In this document: in pieces, positions 15,670 to 25,627 of the stretch
Layout: the number at the start of each line of letters is the position of its first letter
How positions within the stretch are numbered: the first letter of the stretch is position 1
DNA from: a bacterium
GTDB taxonomy: Bacteria > Bacillota > Bacilli > Lactobacillales > Streptococcaceae
Direction of reading: 5' to 3'
Length of the DNA stretch: 32,000 bases
Assembly: GCA_905221185.1 (NCBI GenBank)
Contig: CAJNCE010000003.1
Span: 11,540-43,539 of the forward strand
Program-made: the position numbers and the translations under genes
The notes under the pieces: model-generated
Database searches by the model: none
What the model saw: only the letters and a program-made list of their open reading frames with translations
What the model was told of the DNA's origin: nothing

Positions 15670-18100
15670 ATACATTGAAAACAATCTCGTCTGGAATAAA
15701 GACGGGGAATGTTATGCTTACTATGAGCTTGTTCCTTACAATTACTCATTTCTAAGTCCAGAACAGAAAATACAAGTGCATGATTCTTTCAGACAGATTA
15801 TCGCACAAAATCGTGATGGCAAAATTCATGCTTTACAAATCAGTACAGAATCCAGCATACGTTCTGCACAAGAGCGTTCCAAAAATGAAGTCACTGGCAA
15901 GCTCAAAGCGGTTGCCTATGACAAAATCGACCAACAGACAGACGCTTTAATATCCATGATTGGCGAAAATCAAGTGAACTACCGTTTCTTTATCGGCTTT
16001 AAGTTGCTTCTCAACGATCAGGAGTTTTCTATGAAAAGTCTTACCGTTGAAGCAAAAAATGCTTTGTCTGATTTTGTCTATGATGTGAACCATAAGCTGA
16101 TGGGCGATTTTGTTAGTATGAGTAATGATGAAATCCTGCGTTTTCAGAAGATGGAAAAGCTCTTAGAAAATAAAATCTCTCGTCGTTTCAAAATCCGCAG
16201 GTTAGATAAGGACGACTTCGGCTATCTGATTGAACACCTTTACGGACAGACAGGCACTGCCTATGAAGAGTATGAGTACCATCTATCAAAGAAAAAGCTG
16301 GATAATGAAACGCTGATTAAATACTATGACTTGATTAAGCCTACTCGCTGTTTGGTGGAAGAAAAACAGCGATATTTGAAAATCCAGCAGGAAGATGAAA
16401 CCGTCTATGTAGCTTACTTTACCATTAACAGCATTGTCGGAGAACTGGACTTCCTGTCCTCTGAAATCTTCTACTACCAGCAACAGCAATTTACATTCCC
16501 GATTGATACGTCAATGAATGTGGAAATTGTAGCGAATCGTAAAGCCCTATCTACTGTCCGCAATAAAAAGAAAGAACTGAAAGACTTGGATAACCACGCT
16601 TGGCAAAGTGATAATGAAACCAGCTCCAATGTGGCGGAAGCTCTGGAAAGTGTGAATGAGCTGGAAACCAATTTAGACCAAAGCAAGGAATCTATGTACA
16701 AGCTGTCTTATGTGGTAAGGGTATCAGCAAATGATCTTGACGAACTCAAACGTCGTTGTAATGAAGTGAAAGATTTTTATGACGATTTAAGCGTAAAACT
16801 GGTACGACCATTTGGGGATATGCTCGGCTTACATGAAGAATTTTTACCTGCCAGCAAGCGTTATATGAATGATTATATTCAATACGTGACCTCTGATTTC
16901 CTCGCTGGTTTAGGTTTTGGTGCTACTCAAATGCTGGGGGAAAATGAGGGGATTTATGTTGGCTACAGCTTAGATACTGGACGCAATGTCTATCTGAAAC
17001 CTGCTCTTGCCAGTCAAGGGGTTAAGGGTTCAGTAACCAATGCGTTAGCGTCGGCTTTTGTTGGTTCGCTGGGTGGTGGTAAATCCTTTGCGAATAACCT
17101 TATCGTCTATTATGCGGTGCTTTATGGGGCACAAGCAGTGATTGTAGACCCAAAAGCAGAACGTGGCAGATGGAAAGAAACCTTGCCAGAGATTTCCCAT
17201 GAAATCAATATCGTCACTCTGACTTCTGATGAGAAAAACAAAGGCTTACTTGACCCTTATGTGATTATGAAAAATCCCAAAGATTCTGAATCACTGGCTA
17301 TTGATATTCTGACATTCCTTACGGGGATTTCCTCTCGTGATGGGGAACGCTTCCCAATCCTTAGAAAAGCCATTCGTGCAGTAACCAATAGTGAAGTACG
17401 AGGGTTGATGAAAGTGATTGAGGAATTACGGGTTGAGAATACGCCACTAAGTACCAGTATAGCCGACCATATCGAAAGTTTTACAGACTATGACTTTGCA
17501 CATTTATTATTCAGTAATGGTTATGTGGAGCAGTCTATCAGCTTAGAAAAACAACTGAACATTATACAGGTTGCGGACTTGGTACTTCCCGACAAGGAAA
17601 CTTCCTTTGAGGAATATACCACTATGGAGCTTTTATCCGTTGCTATGCTGATTGTCATTAGTACCTTTGCTTTAGACTTTATCCATACAGACCGAAGCAT
17701 TTTCAAGATTGTAGATTTAGACGAAGCATGGAGCTTTTTACAGGTAGCACAAGGAAAAACACTATCTATGAAGCTGGTTCGGGCTGGTCGTGCTATGAAC
17801 GCTGGGGTATATTTCGTGACCCAAAATACAGACGACCTCTTAGATGAAAAACTGAAAAATAACCTCGGCTTAAAATTTGCATTTCGTTCCACTGACCTTA
17901 ACGAGATTAAAAAGACCTTAGCCTTTTTTGGTGTAGACCCAGAGGACGAAAACAATCAGAAGCGATTGCGTGATTTGGAAAACGGGCAATGCCTTATCAG
18001 TGATTTATATGGTCGTGTCGGTGTGATACAGTTCCACCCTGTATTTGAAGAACTGCTCCATGCCTTTGATACCAGACCACCTGTGCGAAAAGAGGTGTAA
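15653..18100 (+). CDS. VirB4-like conjugation ATPase (Tn916 Orf16)
   Basis: The ATG at 15653 (MAYPIKYIENN) follows an AGGAG SD, and the track ORF is extended upstream. Walker A GSLGGGKSF, Walker B IVDLDEAW. About 815 aa. Confidence 0.92.
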   Translation: MAYPIKYIENNLVWNKDGECYAYYELVPYNYSFLSPEQKIQVHDSFRQIIAQNRDGKIHALQISTESSIRSAQERSKNEVTGKLKAVAYDKIDQQTDALISMIGENQVNYRFFIGFKLLLNDQEFSMKSLTVEAKNALSDFVYDVNHKLMGDFVSMSNDEILRFQKMEKLLENKISRRFKIRRLDKDDFGYLIEHLYGQTGTAYEEYEYHLSKKKLDNETLIKYYDLIKPTRCLVEEKQRYLKIQQEDETVYVAYFTINSIVGELDFLSSEIFYYQQQQFTFPIDTSMNVEIVANRKALSTVRNKKKELKDLDNHAWQSDNETSSNVAEALESVNELETNLDQSKESMYKLSYVVRVSANDLDELKRRCNEVKDFYDDLSVKLVRPFGDMLGLHEEFLPASKRYMNDYIQYVTSDFLAGLGFGATQMLGENEGIYVGYSLDTGRNVYLKPALASQGVKGSVTNALASAFVGSLGGGKSFANNLIVYYAVLYGAQAVIVDPKAERGRWKETLPEISHEINIVTLTSDEKNKGLLDPYVIMKNPKDSESLAIDILTFLTGISSRDGERFPILRKAIRAVTNSEVRGLMKVIEELRVENTPLSTSIADHIESFTDYDFAHLLFSNGYVEQSISLEKQLNIIQVADLVLPDKETSFEEYTTMELLSVAMLIVISTFALDFIHTDRSIFKIVDLDEAWSFLQVAQGKTLSMKLVRAGRAMNAGVYFVTQNTDDLLDEKLKNNLGLKFAFRSTDLNEIKKTLAFFGVDPEDENNQKRLRDLENGQCLISDLYGRVGVIQFHPVFEELLHAFDTRPPVRKEV

Positions 18101-18102
18101 AT

Positions 18103-20280
18103 GTGAAACCATCAATAGTAAACAGAATAAAATCAAACTGGACGCTGAAACGTCTAGGTAAAGTGGCAATGACAGTGGCTTTCACACTTGTGATTGCCAT
18201 TTTTCTTTTAGCCATGCTGGGAACGGTGGTTCAAGCTGCGGGCTTGGTAGATGATACGGTCAATGTGGCAAATGAATACAGCCGATACCCACTTGAAAAC
18301 TATCAACTGGATTTTTATGTGGATAATAGCTGGGGCTGGCTTCCGTGGAACTGGTCGGACGGGATTGGAAAACAGGTCATGTATGGACTATATGCCATTA
18401 CCAATTTTATTTGGACAATCAGTTTGTATGTTTCCAATGCGACAGGTTACTTAGTACAGGAAGCCTATTCCTTAGACTTCATTTCCGCTACAGCAGATTC
18501 CATTGGTAAGAATATGCAGACCTTAGCTGGTGTGAGTGCAAACGGATTTTCAACAGAGGGTTTCTATGTTGGATTCCTCTTACTCTTGATTTTGGTTCTT
18601 GGGGTTTATGTTGCCTATACGGGACTGATAAAGAGAGAAACCACAAAGGCAATTCATGCCATTATGAATTTTGTGCTGGTGTTTATCCTATCGGCTTCCT
18701 TTATTGCCTACGCTCCCGACTACATTAAAAAAATCAATGACTTTTCATCAGACATCAGTAATGCCAGTTTATCACTTGGCACGAAGATTGTCATGCCCCA
18801 TTCCGATAGTCAAGGCAAGGACAGAGTGGACTTAATCAGAGATAGCCTGTTTTCCATACAGGTTCAGCAACCGTGGCTACTGCTTCAATACAACAGTTCA
18901 GACATTGAAAGTATCGGTATTGACCGTGTGGAAAGCCTGCTCTCCACCAGCCCAGATTCCAACAATGGCGAAGACAGAGAAAAAATTGTTGCGGAAGAAA
19001 TTGAAGACAGAAGCAATACCAATCTAACCATTACAAAGACCATTAACCGTTTAGGTACAGTCTTCTTCCTATTTGTCTTCAATATTGGGATTTCCATATT
19101 TGTATTCCTATTAACAGGAATCATGATTTTCTCGCAGGTACTTTTTATCATCTATGCTATGTTTCTGCCTGTGAGCTTTATTTTAAGCATGATTCCATCA
19201 TTTGATGGTATGTCAAAACGAGCCATAACAAAGCTCTTTAATACCATTTTGACACGAGCTGGAATCACATTGATTATTACGACAGCATTTAGTATTTCAA
19301 CCATGCTCTATACCTTATCGGCTGGTTATCCGTTCTTTTTGATTGCTTTTCTACAGATTGTGACCTTTGCAGGAATCTACTTCAAGCTGGGCGATTTAAT
19401 GAGTATGTTTTCTCTACAGAGTAACGATTCTCAAAGTGTGGGAAGTCGTGTGATGAGAAAACCTCGTATGCTTATGCACGCTCACATGCACCGTCTACAG
19501 CGGAAACTTGGACGTTCCATGACTACTCTAGGGGCTGGGTCTGCCATTGTTACAGGTAAAAAAGGACAGTCGGGTTCGGGGAGTTCTGCAAGGACACAAG
19601 CAGATCACTCCCGACCAGACGGAAAGGAAAAATCAACACTTGGAAAACGTATCGGTCAAACCATCGGTACAGTAGCTGATACCAAAGACAGAATGGTAGA
19701 CACTGCTAGTGGTTTGAAAGAACAGGTTAAAGATTTGCCGACCAATGCAAGATATGCAGTATATCAAGGAAAATCCAAAGTAAAAGAGAATGTCCGTGAT
19801 TTAACCAGTAGTATTTCTCAAACCAAAGCGGACAGAGCCAGTGGACGCAAGGAACAGCAGGAACAAAGGCGAAAAACCATTGCGAAGCGTCGCTCTGAAA
19901 TGGAACAGGTCAAACAGAAAAAACAGCCTGCTTCTTCTGTTCATGAAAGACCGACTACAAGACAAGAACAATATCATGATGAACAGACCTCAAAACAGTC
20001 TAATATTCAGACTTCATATAAGGAATCTCAACAAGCCAAACAAGAGCGTCCAGCAGTTAAGTCCGATTTTTCAAGTCCAAAAGTGGAACGCCAAGGCAAT
20101 ACCGTTCAAGAAAAAACCGTTCAAAAGCCAGCAACTTCAACCACTACAGCAGATAGAACTTCACAACGTCCAATCACAAAAGAACGTCCGTCTACTGTTC
20201 AAAGAGTACCACTACAAAATACAAGAAGTAGACCACCAATCAAAACCGCCACCATTAAGAAAGTCGGTAAGAAACCATGA
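18103..20280 (+). CDS. Polytopic conjugation channel protein (VirB6/TcpH-like; Tn916 Orf15) with a long disordered basic C-terminal tail
   Basis: 725-aa ORF with a GTG start after an AAGAGGTG SD. At least 6 TM helices in the first ~440 aa. The C-terminal ~280 aa are K/R/Q/S/T-rich and low-complexity. Confidence 0.88.
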   Translation: MKPSIVNRIKSNWTLKRLGKVAMTVAFTLVIAIFLLAMLGTVVQAAGLVDDTVNVANEYSRYPLENYQLDFYVDNSWGWLPWNWSDGIGKQVMYGLYAITNFIWTISLYVSNATGYLVQEAYSLDFISATADSIGKNMQTLAGVSANGFSTEGFYVGFLLLLILVLGVYVAYTGLIKRETTKAIHAIMNFVLVFILSASFIAYAPDYIKKINDFSSDISNASLSLGTKIVMPHSDSQGKDRVDLIRDSLFSIQVQQPWLLLQYNSSDIESIGIDRVESLLSTSPDSNNGEDREKIVAEEIEDRSNTNLTITKTINRLGTVFFLFVFNIGISIFVFLLTGIMIFSQVLFIIYAMFLPVSFILSMIPSFDGMSKRAITKLFNTILTRAGITLIITTAFSISTMLYTLSAGYPFFLIAFLQIVTFAGIYFKLGDLMSMFSLQSNDSQSVGSRVMRKPRMLMHAHMHRLQRKLGRSMTTLGAGSAIVTGKKGQSGSGSSARTQADHSRPDGKEKSTLGKRIGQTIGTVADTKDRMVDTASGLKEQVKDLPTNARYAVYQGKSKVKENVRDLTSSISQTKADRASGRKEQQEQRRKTIAKRRSEMEQVKQKKQPASSVHERPTTRQEQYHDEQTSKQSNIQTSYKESQQAKQERPAVKSDFSSPKVERQGNTVQEKTVQKPATSTTTADRTSQRPITKERPSTVQRVPLQNTRSRPPIKTATIKKVGKKP

Positions 20281-21278
20281 AGTTGAAAACTTTAGTGATT
20301 GGTGGTTCTGGATTATTCTTGATGGTCTTCTCACTGCTTCTGTTTGTTGCCATTTTATTTTCAGATGAACAGGACAGCGGAATTTCCAATATTCATTATG
20401 GAGGTGTGAATGTTTCCGCAGAAGTGCTGGCTCATAAGCCTATGGTAGAAAAATATGCCAAAGAATATGGCGTTGAAGAATATGTCAACATACTTCTTGC
20501 GATTATACAGGTGGAATCGGGCGGTACTGCGGAAGATGTTATGCAGTCCTCGGAATCCCTCGGTCTTCCACCTAATTCATTGAGTACAGAAGAATCCATT
20601 AAGCAAGGTGTGAAGTATTTCAGTGAATTATTAGCCAGTAGCGAAAGGCTCAGTGTAGATTTAGAATCGGTTATCCAGTCCTACAATTATGGTGGTGGTT
20701 TCTTAGGGTATGTGGCTAATCGTGGAAATAAATATACCTTTGAACTGGCTCAAAGTTTCTCAAAAGAGTATTCAGGTGGCGAAAAAGTGTCTTACCCCAA
20801 TCCCATAGCCATACCTATCAATGGGGGCTGGCGATACAACTATGGCAATATGTTTTATGTGCAACTGGTAACGCAGTATCTTGTCACAACAGAGTTTGAT
20901 GATGATACGGTACAAGCCATCATGGACGAAGCACTGAAATATGAGGGCTGGCGATACGTTTACGGTGGAGCTTCCCCGACTACTTCTTTTGATTGTAGCG
21001 GACTGACACAATGGACGTATGGAAAAGCTGGAATTAACTTACCACGAACCGCACAACAGCAATATGATGTGACCCAGCATATCCCACTATCGGAAGCACA
21101 AGCTGGCGATTTGGTTTTCTTTCATTCTACCTATAACGCTGGCTCTTATATTACTCATGTTGGGATATACCTTGGCAATAACCGTATGTTTCATGCAGGC
21201 GACCCAATCGGTTATGCCGACTTAACAAGCCCCTACTGGCAACAGCATTTAGTGGGAGCAGGACGAATCAAACAATGA
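20277..21278 (+). CDS. Bifunctional cell-wall hydrolase: lytic transglycosylase/muramidase-like N-domain plus NlpC/P60 endopeptidase C-domain (Tn916 Orf14)
   Basis: 333-aa ORF with ATGA overlap with orf15. N-terminal signal/TM segment. IIQVESGG motif. C-terminal FDCSGLTQWTY...H NlpC/P60 catalytic signature. Confidence 0.9.
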   Translation: MKLKTLVIGGSGLFLMVFSLLLFVAILFSDEQDSGISNIHYGGVNVSAEVLAHKPMVEKYAKEYGVEEYVNILLAIIQVESGGTAEDVMQSSESLGLPPNSLSTEESIKQGVKYFSELLASSERLSVDLESVIQSYNYGGGFLGYVANRGNKYTFELAQSFSKEYSGGEKVSYPNPIAIPINGGWRYNYGNMFYVQLVTQYLVTTEFDDDTVQAIMDEALKYEGWRYVYGGASPTTSFDCSGLTQWTYGKAGINLPRTAQQQYDVTQHIPLSEAQAGDLVFFHSTYNAGSYITHVGIYLGNNRMFHAGDPIGYADLTSPYWQQHLVGAGRIKQ

Positions 21279-21292
21279 GAAAGGAAGATTTA

Positions 21293-22210
21293 ATGATGAA
21301 ATTTAGAAAAAATCAGAATAAAGAAAAACAGATACCAAAGGAAAAGAAACCTCGTGTCTACTATAAGGTCAATCCTCATAAAAAGGTTGTGATTGCCTTG
21401 TGGGTACTTTTAGGGCTTAGTTTCAGCTTTGCGATATTCAAGCACTTTACAGCTATAGATACTCATACTATTCACGAAACAACTATCATAGAAAAGGAAT
21501 ACGTTGATACTCATCATGTAGAAAATTTTGTAGAGAACTTTGCGAAAGTCTACTATTCATGGGAGCAATCCGATAAGTCCATTGATAATCGAATGGAAAG
21601 TCTAAAAGGCTATCTGACAGATGAACTTCAAGCTCTCAATGTTGATACAGTACGCAAAGATATTCCTGTATCGTCTTCTGTAAGAGGATTTCAGATATGG
21701 ACGGTAGAGCCAACTGGCGACAATGAGTTTAATGTAACCTACAGTGTAGACCAGCTCATTACAGAGGGAGAAAATACAAAGACCGTCCACTCTGCTTATA
21801 TAGTGAGTGTCTATGTAGATGGTTCTGGAAATATGGTACTGGTTAAGAATCCGACCATTACCAACATACCTAAGAAATCAAGTTATAAACCAAAAGCCAT
21901 TGAAAGTGAGGGGACGGTTGATTCCATTACAACCAATGAAATCAATGAGTTTTTAACGACGTTCTTCAAGCTCTATCCTACAGCGACAGCCAGTGAACTT
22001 TCCTACTATGTGAATGACGGGATATTAAAACCAATCGGAAAAGAGTACATCTTTCAAGAACTGGTAAATCCTATTCACAATCGTAAGGATAATCAAGTCA
22101 CGGTATCGCTGACAGTGGAGTATATCGACCAGCAGACCAAAGCAACGCAGGTATCTCAATTTGATTTGGTACTTGAAAAGAACGGGAGTAATTGGAAGAT
22201 TATAGAATAA
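21293..22210 (+). CDS. TcpC/VirB8-like (NTF2-fold) conjugation protein (Tn916 Orf13)
   Basis: The track ORF starts at 21275. The ATG at 21293/21296 follows a GAAAGGAAG SD. A single N-terminal TM, then two NTF2-like repeats typical of TcpC/ConB. Confidence 0.85.
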   Translation: MMKFRKNQNKEKQIPKEKKPRVYYKVNPHKKVVIALWVLLGLSFSFAIFKHFTAIDTHTIHETTIIEKEYVDTHHVENFVENFAKVYYSWEQSDKSIDNRMESLKGYLTDELQALNVDTVRKDIPVSSSVRGFQIWTVEPTGDNEFNVTYSVDQLITEGENTKTVHSAYIVSVYVDGSGNMVLVKNPTITNIPKKSSYKPKAIESEGTVDSITTNEINEFLTTFFKLYPTATASELSYYVNDGILKPIGKEYIFQELVNPIHNRKDNQVTVSLTVEYIDQQTKATQVSQFDLVLEKNGSNWKIIE

Positions 22211-22279
22211 CAAATATTGGTACATTATTACAGCTATTTTGTAATCACGTACTCTCTTTGATAAAAAATTGGAGATTCC

Positions 22280-22308
22280 TTTACAAATATGCTCTTACGT
22301 GCTATAAT
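22280..22308 (+). promoter_or_regulatory. Promoter upstream of the tet(M) leader (-35 TTTACA, 17 nt, -10 TATAAT)
   Basis: TTTACA at 22280-22285, a 17-nt spacer, TATAAT at 22303-22308. Confidence 0.65.
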
Positions 22309-22484
22309 TTAAGTATCTATTTAAAAGGAGTTAATAAATATGCGGCAAGGTATTCTTAAATAAACTGTCAATTTGATAGCGGGAACAAATAATTAGATGT
22401 CCTTTTTTAGGAGGGCTTAGTTTTTTGTACCCAGTTTAAGAATACCTTTATCATGTGATTCTAAAGTATCCAGAGAATATCTGT

Positions 22485-22571
22485 ATGCTTTGTATACCTA
22501 TGGTTATGCATAAAAATCCCAGTGATAAAAGTATTTATCACTGGGATTTTTATGCCCTTTTGGGTTTTTGA
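22485..22571 (+). CDS. tet(M) leader peptide (orf12-type, 28 aa: MLCIPMVMHKNPSDKSIYHWDFYALLGF)
   Basis: Short ORF spanning the attenuator hairpin and ending 15 nt before the tet(M) ATG. It matches the described leader-peptide attenuation arrangement of Tn916 tet(M). Confidence 0.75.
   Translation: MLCIPMVMHKNPSDKSIYHWDFYALLGF
22512..22551 (+). terminator. tet(M) transcriptional attenuator hairpin
   Basis: Perfect 17-bp stem AAAAATCCCAGTGATAA (22512-22528) / TTATCACTGGGATTTTT (22535-22551), 6-nt loop, U-rich 3' arm and downstream T-tracts. It lies inside the leader ORF. Confidence 0.8.
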
Positions 22572-22586
22572 ATGGAGGAAAATCAC

Positions 22587-24506
22587 ATGAAAATTATTAA
22601 TATTGGAGTTTTAGCTCATGTTGATGCAGGAAAAACTACCTTAACAGAAAGCTTATTATATAACAGTGGAGCGATTACAGAATTAGGAAGCGTGGACAAA
22701 GGTACAACGAGGACGGATAATACGCTTTTAGAACGTCAGAGAGGAATTACAATTCAGACAGGAATAACCTCTTTTCAGTGGGAAAATACGAAGGTGAACA
22801 TCATAGACACGCCAGGACATATGGATTTCTTAGCAGAAGTATATCGTTCATTATCAGTTTTAGATGGGGCAATTCTACTGATTTCTGCAAAAGATGGCGT
22901 ACAAGCACAAACTCGTATATTATTTCATGCACTTAGGAAAATGGGGATTCCCACAATCTTTTTTATCAATAAGATTGACCAAAATGGAATTGATTTATCA
23001 ACGGTTTATCAGGATATTAAAGAGAAACTTTCTGCCGAAATTGTAATCAAACAGAAGGTAGAACTGTATCCTAATATGTGTGTGACGAACTTTACCGAAT
23101 CTGAACAATGGGATACGGTAATAGAGGGAAACGATGACCTTTTAGAGAAATATATGTCCGGTAAATCATTAGAAGCATTGGAACTCGAACAAGAGGAAAG
23201 CATAAGATTTCAGAATTGTTCTCTGTTCCCTGTTTATCACGGAAGTGCAAAAAGTAATATAGGGATTGATAACCTTATAGAAGTGATTACGAATAAATTT
23301 TATTCATCAACACATCGAGGTCCGTCTGAACTTTGCGGAAATGTTTTCAAAATTGAATATACAAAAAAAAGACAACGTCTTGCATATATACGCCTTTATA
23401 GTGGAGTACTACATTTACGAGATTCGGTTAGAGTATCAGAAAAAGAAAAAATAAAAGTTACAGAAATGTATACTTCAATAAATGGTGAATTATGTAAGAT
23501 TGATAGAGCTTATTCTGGAGAAATTGTTATTTTGCAAAATGAGTTTTTGAAGTTAAATAGTGTTCTTGGAGATACAAAACTATTGCCACAGAGAAAAAAG
23601 ATTGAAAATCCGCACCCTCTACTACAAACAACTGTTGAACCGAGTAAACCTGAACAGAGAGAAATGTTGCTTGATGCCCTTTTGGAAATCTCAGATAGTG
23701 ATCCGCTTCTACGATATTACGTGGATTCTACGACACATGAAATCATACTTTCTTTCTTAGGGAAAGTACAAATGGAAGTGACTTGTGCTCTGCTGCAAGA
23801 AAAGTATCATGTGGAGATAGAACTAAAAGAGCCTACAGTCATTTATATGGAGAGACCGTTAAAAAATGCAGAATATACCATTCACATCGAAGTGCCGCCA
23901 AATCCTTTCTGGGCTTCCATTGGTCTATCTGTAGCACAGCTTCCATTAGGGAGCGGAGTACAGTATGAGAGCTCGGTTTCTCTTGGATACTTAAATCAAT
24001 CGTTTCAAAATGCAGTTATGGAGGGGATACGCTATGGCTGTGAACAAGGATTGTATGGTTGGAATGTGACGGACTGTAAAATCTGTTTTAAGTATGGCTT
24101 ATACTATAGCCCTGTTAGTACCCCAGCAGATTTTCGGATGCTTGCTCCTATTGTATTGGAACAAGTCTTAAAAAAAGCTGGAACAGAATTGTTAGAGCCA
24201 TATCTTAGTTTTAAAATTTATGCGCCACAGGAATATCTTTCACGAGCATACAACGATGCTCCTAAATATTGTGCGAACATCGTAGACACTCAATTGAAAA
24301 ATAATGAGGTCATTCTTAGTGGAGAAATCCCTGCTCGGTGTATTCAAGAATATCGTAGTGATTTAACTTTCTTTACAAATGGACGTAGTGTTTGTTTAAC
24401 AGAGTTAAAAGGGTACCATGTTACTACCGGTGAACCTGTTTGCCAGCCCCGTCGTCCAAATAGTCGGATAGATAAAGTACGATATATGTTCAATAAAATA
24501 ACTTAG
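22587..24506 (+). CDS. tet(M): Tetracycline resistance ribosomal protection protein Tet(M)
   Basis: 639 aa from the ATG at 22587 ([18 protein letters not shown]), after a GGAGGA SD at 22574-22579. The track ORF adds 5 upstream codons. GTPase motifs [18 protein letters not shown], and an EF-G-like domain layout. Confidence 0.97.
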   Translation: MKIINIGVLAHVDAGKTTLTESLLYNSGAITELGSVDKGTTRTDNTLLERQRGITIQTGITSFQWENTKVNIIDTPGHMDFLAEVYRSLSVLDGAILLISAKDGVQAQTRILFHALRKMGIPTIFFINKIDQNGIDLSTVYQDIKEKLSAEIVIKQKVELYPNMCVTNFTESEQWDTVIEGNDDLLEKYMSGKSLEALELEQEESIRFQNCSLFPVYHGSAKSNIGIDNLIEVITNKFYSSTHRGPSELCGNVFKIEYTKKRQRLAYIRLYSGVLHLRDSVRVSEKEKIKVTEMYTSINGELCKIDRAYSGEIVILQNEFLKLNSVLGDTKLLPQRKKIENPHPLLQTTVEPSKPEQREMLLDALLEISDSDPLLRYYVDSTTHEIILSFLGKVQMEVTCALLQEKYHVEIELKEPTVIYMERPLKNAEYTIHIEVPPNPFWASIGLSVAQLPLGSGVQYESSVSLGYLNQSFQNAVMEGIRYGCEQGLYGWNVTDCKICFKYGLYYSPVSTPADFRMLAPIVLEQVLKKAGTELLEPYLSFKIYAPQEYLSRAYNDAPKYCANIVDTQLKNNEVILSGEIPARCIQEYRSDLTFFTNGRSVCLTELKGYHVTTGEPVCQPRRPNSRIDKVRYMFNKIT

Positions 24507-24603
24507 TGTATTTTATGTTGTTATATAAATATGGTTTCTTGTTAAATAAGATGAAATATTTTTTAATAAAGATTTGAATTAAAGTGTAAAGGAGGAGATA
24601 GTT

Positions 24604-24792
24604 ATTATAAACTACAAGTGGATATTGTGTCCTGTATGTGGAAATAAAACACGATTAAAGATAAGGGAAGATACTGAATTAAAAAAATTCCCCCTCTATT
24701 GTCCGAAATGCAGACAAGAAAATTTAATTGAAATAAAGCAGTTCAAAGTAACTGTGATTACAGAGCCAGACGCAAAGACGCAGAGCCGATAA
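24604..24792 (+). CDS. Cys4 zinc-ribbon small protein (cysteine-rich KTR-type; Tn916 orf6 position), non-ATG start
   Basis: Open frame ...NYKWILCPVCGNKTRLKIREDTELKKFPLYCPKCRQENLIEIKQFKVTVITEPDAKTQSR*. Two CxxC pairs. A strong AAAGGAGGAG SD at 24588-24597 is followed by ATT/ATA codons (24604/24607) and no ATG/GTG/TTG, so the ORF is absent from the track. Confidence 0.6.
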   Translation: MINYKWILCPVCGNKTRLKIREDTELKKFPLYCPKCRQENLIEIKQFKVTVITEPDAKTQSR

Positions 24793-24826
24793 AATGAGAT
24801 TAATACAATCTCATTTTATCGGCTCT
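24782..24826. terminator. 19-bp perfect hairpin at the convergent orf6/orf9 junction
   Basis: AGAGCCGATAAAATGAGAT (24782-24800) pairs perfectly with ATCTCATTTTATCGGCTCT (24808-26). The loop is 7 nt, followed by only a short T-run (TTT). It includes the orf6 stop codon. Confidence 0.65.
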
Positions 24827-24851
24827 TTCCGTTATGTATGGATTCTTTTAA

Positions 24852-25205
24852 TTAGTCTTCGATGTTTCTTGCTTCGTTGATACCGCTGGCTAAAGATTCC
24901 ATTAAGGATAGTTCTTTGTCTGTAAAGCTATCCATGTATTTCTCTATCTGTAATCGTCGGGTGCTTTTTACCAAGTTATTAGCAGGTAAGAAAAATTCAT
25001 CAACGGAAACATGAAGTAACGATACAAGGTCATAAAGAACTTGTATGCTGGGGTGTTGCCCTTTATTTTCAATATTAGTTAAGTACCGTGGGTCAATTTC
25101 AATCAATGCTCCCACTTGTTCACGAGTTAAACCTCGTTTCAATCGAGCTTCTTTAATGGCTAAACCAAAGGCTCTAAAATCATATTTATCTTCTTTTTTA
25201 CGCAT
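24852..25205 (-). CDS. Xre-family HTH transcriptional regulator (Tn916 Orf9)
   Basis: 117-aa ORF, the only Tn916 gene on the opposite strand. HTH is [28 protein letters not shown]. Confidence 0.9.
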   Translation of the reverse strand: MRKKEDKYDFRAFGLAIKEARLKRGLTREQVGALIEIDPRYLTNIENKGQHPSIQVLYDLVSLLHVSVDEFFLPANNLVKSTRRLQIEKYMDSFTDKELSLMESLASGINEARNIED

Positions 25206-25627
25206 AGTAGACCACCTCTATACATTTTATTGTTCCTACTGAATTAAAAACAGGTATAGAAAAACGTGTTATATGGTTTATAGGTTTATATTTAATAAAA
25301 AGCACTACTAAACGCCAATAAAAAAAACCGTTATATGGTAGTGCTATTTACGCTGTTAAAATATTGTATATTACTTCCAAATGGCGGTTTGTTGGAGGTC
25401 AACGTCGCCATGAAGTACATCATATACAATAAATTTCCTTACATTGGGTTCTTGTCAAAAAAAGTCGTCTATCTGCAATAGATAAGTACGTCCACCAATG
25501 TGGTTTTATAAATCATATAGATAGAATAACAGAAGCATGTAAACAGAGAAATAAATCTGTTTATATGCTTTTTTGGCTATTCAGAACTTTTTTACAAAGT
25601 TTATTTATCAGTAATGCAACAAATCCC

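Noticed and set aside
11722-18215. Antisense or alternative-frame ORFs inside Tn916 conjugation genes: 11722-12012, 12251-12490, 13298-13558, 13456-13686, 14148-14348, 15294-15488, 15394-15684, 16286-16489, 16474-16701, 17521-17955, 17997-18215, 18251-18454, 18885-19151.
   Set aside because: They overlap well-supported Tn916 genes on the opposite strand or in another frame. They have no RBS and are low-complexity or Cys/Ser/Phe-rich artefact-like sequences.
19841-20368. 175-aa ORF in an alternative plus-strand frame overlapping the 3' end of orf15 and the start of orf14.
   Set aside because: It is a by-product of the A-rich, low-complexity orf15 tail. It has no SD, and it spans the translationally coupled orf15/orf14 junction.
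22572-22586. Upstream in-frame ATG extensions of several track ORFs: tet(M) 22572, czcD 862, thioesterase 6455, orf17 15163, orf16 15602, orf13 21275, orf7 25701, ABC 29848.
   Set aside because: The downstream start codons have correctly spaced Shine-Dalgarno sequences and give the canonical protein N-termini. The extensions overlap upstream genes, a leader or a BOX repeat.
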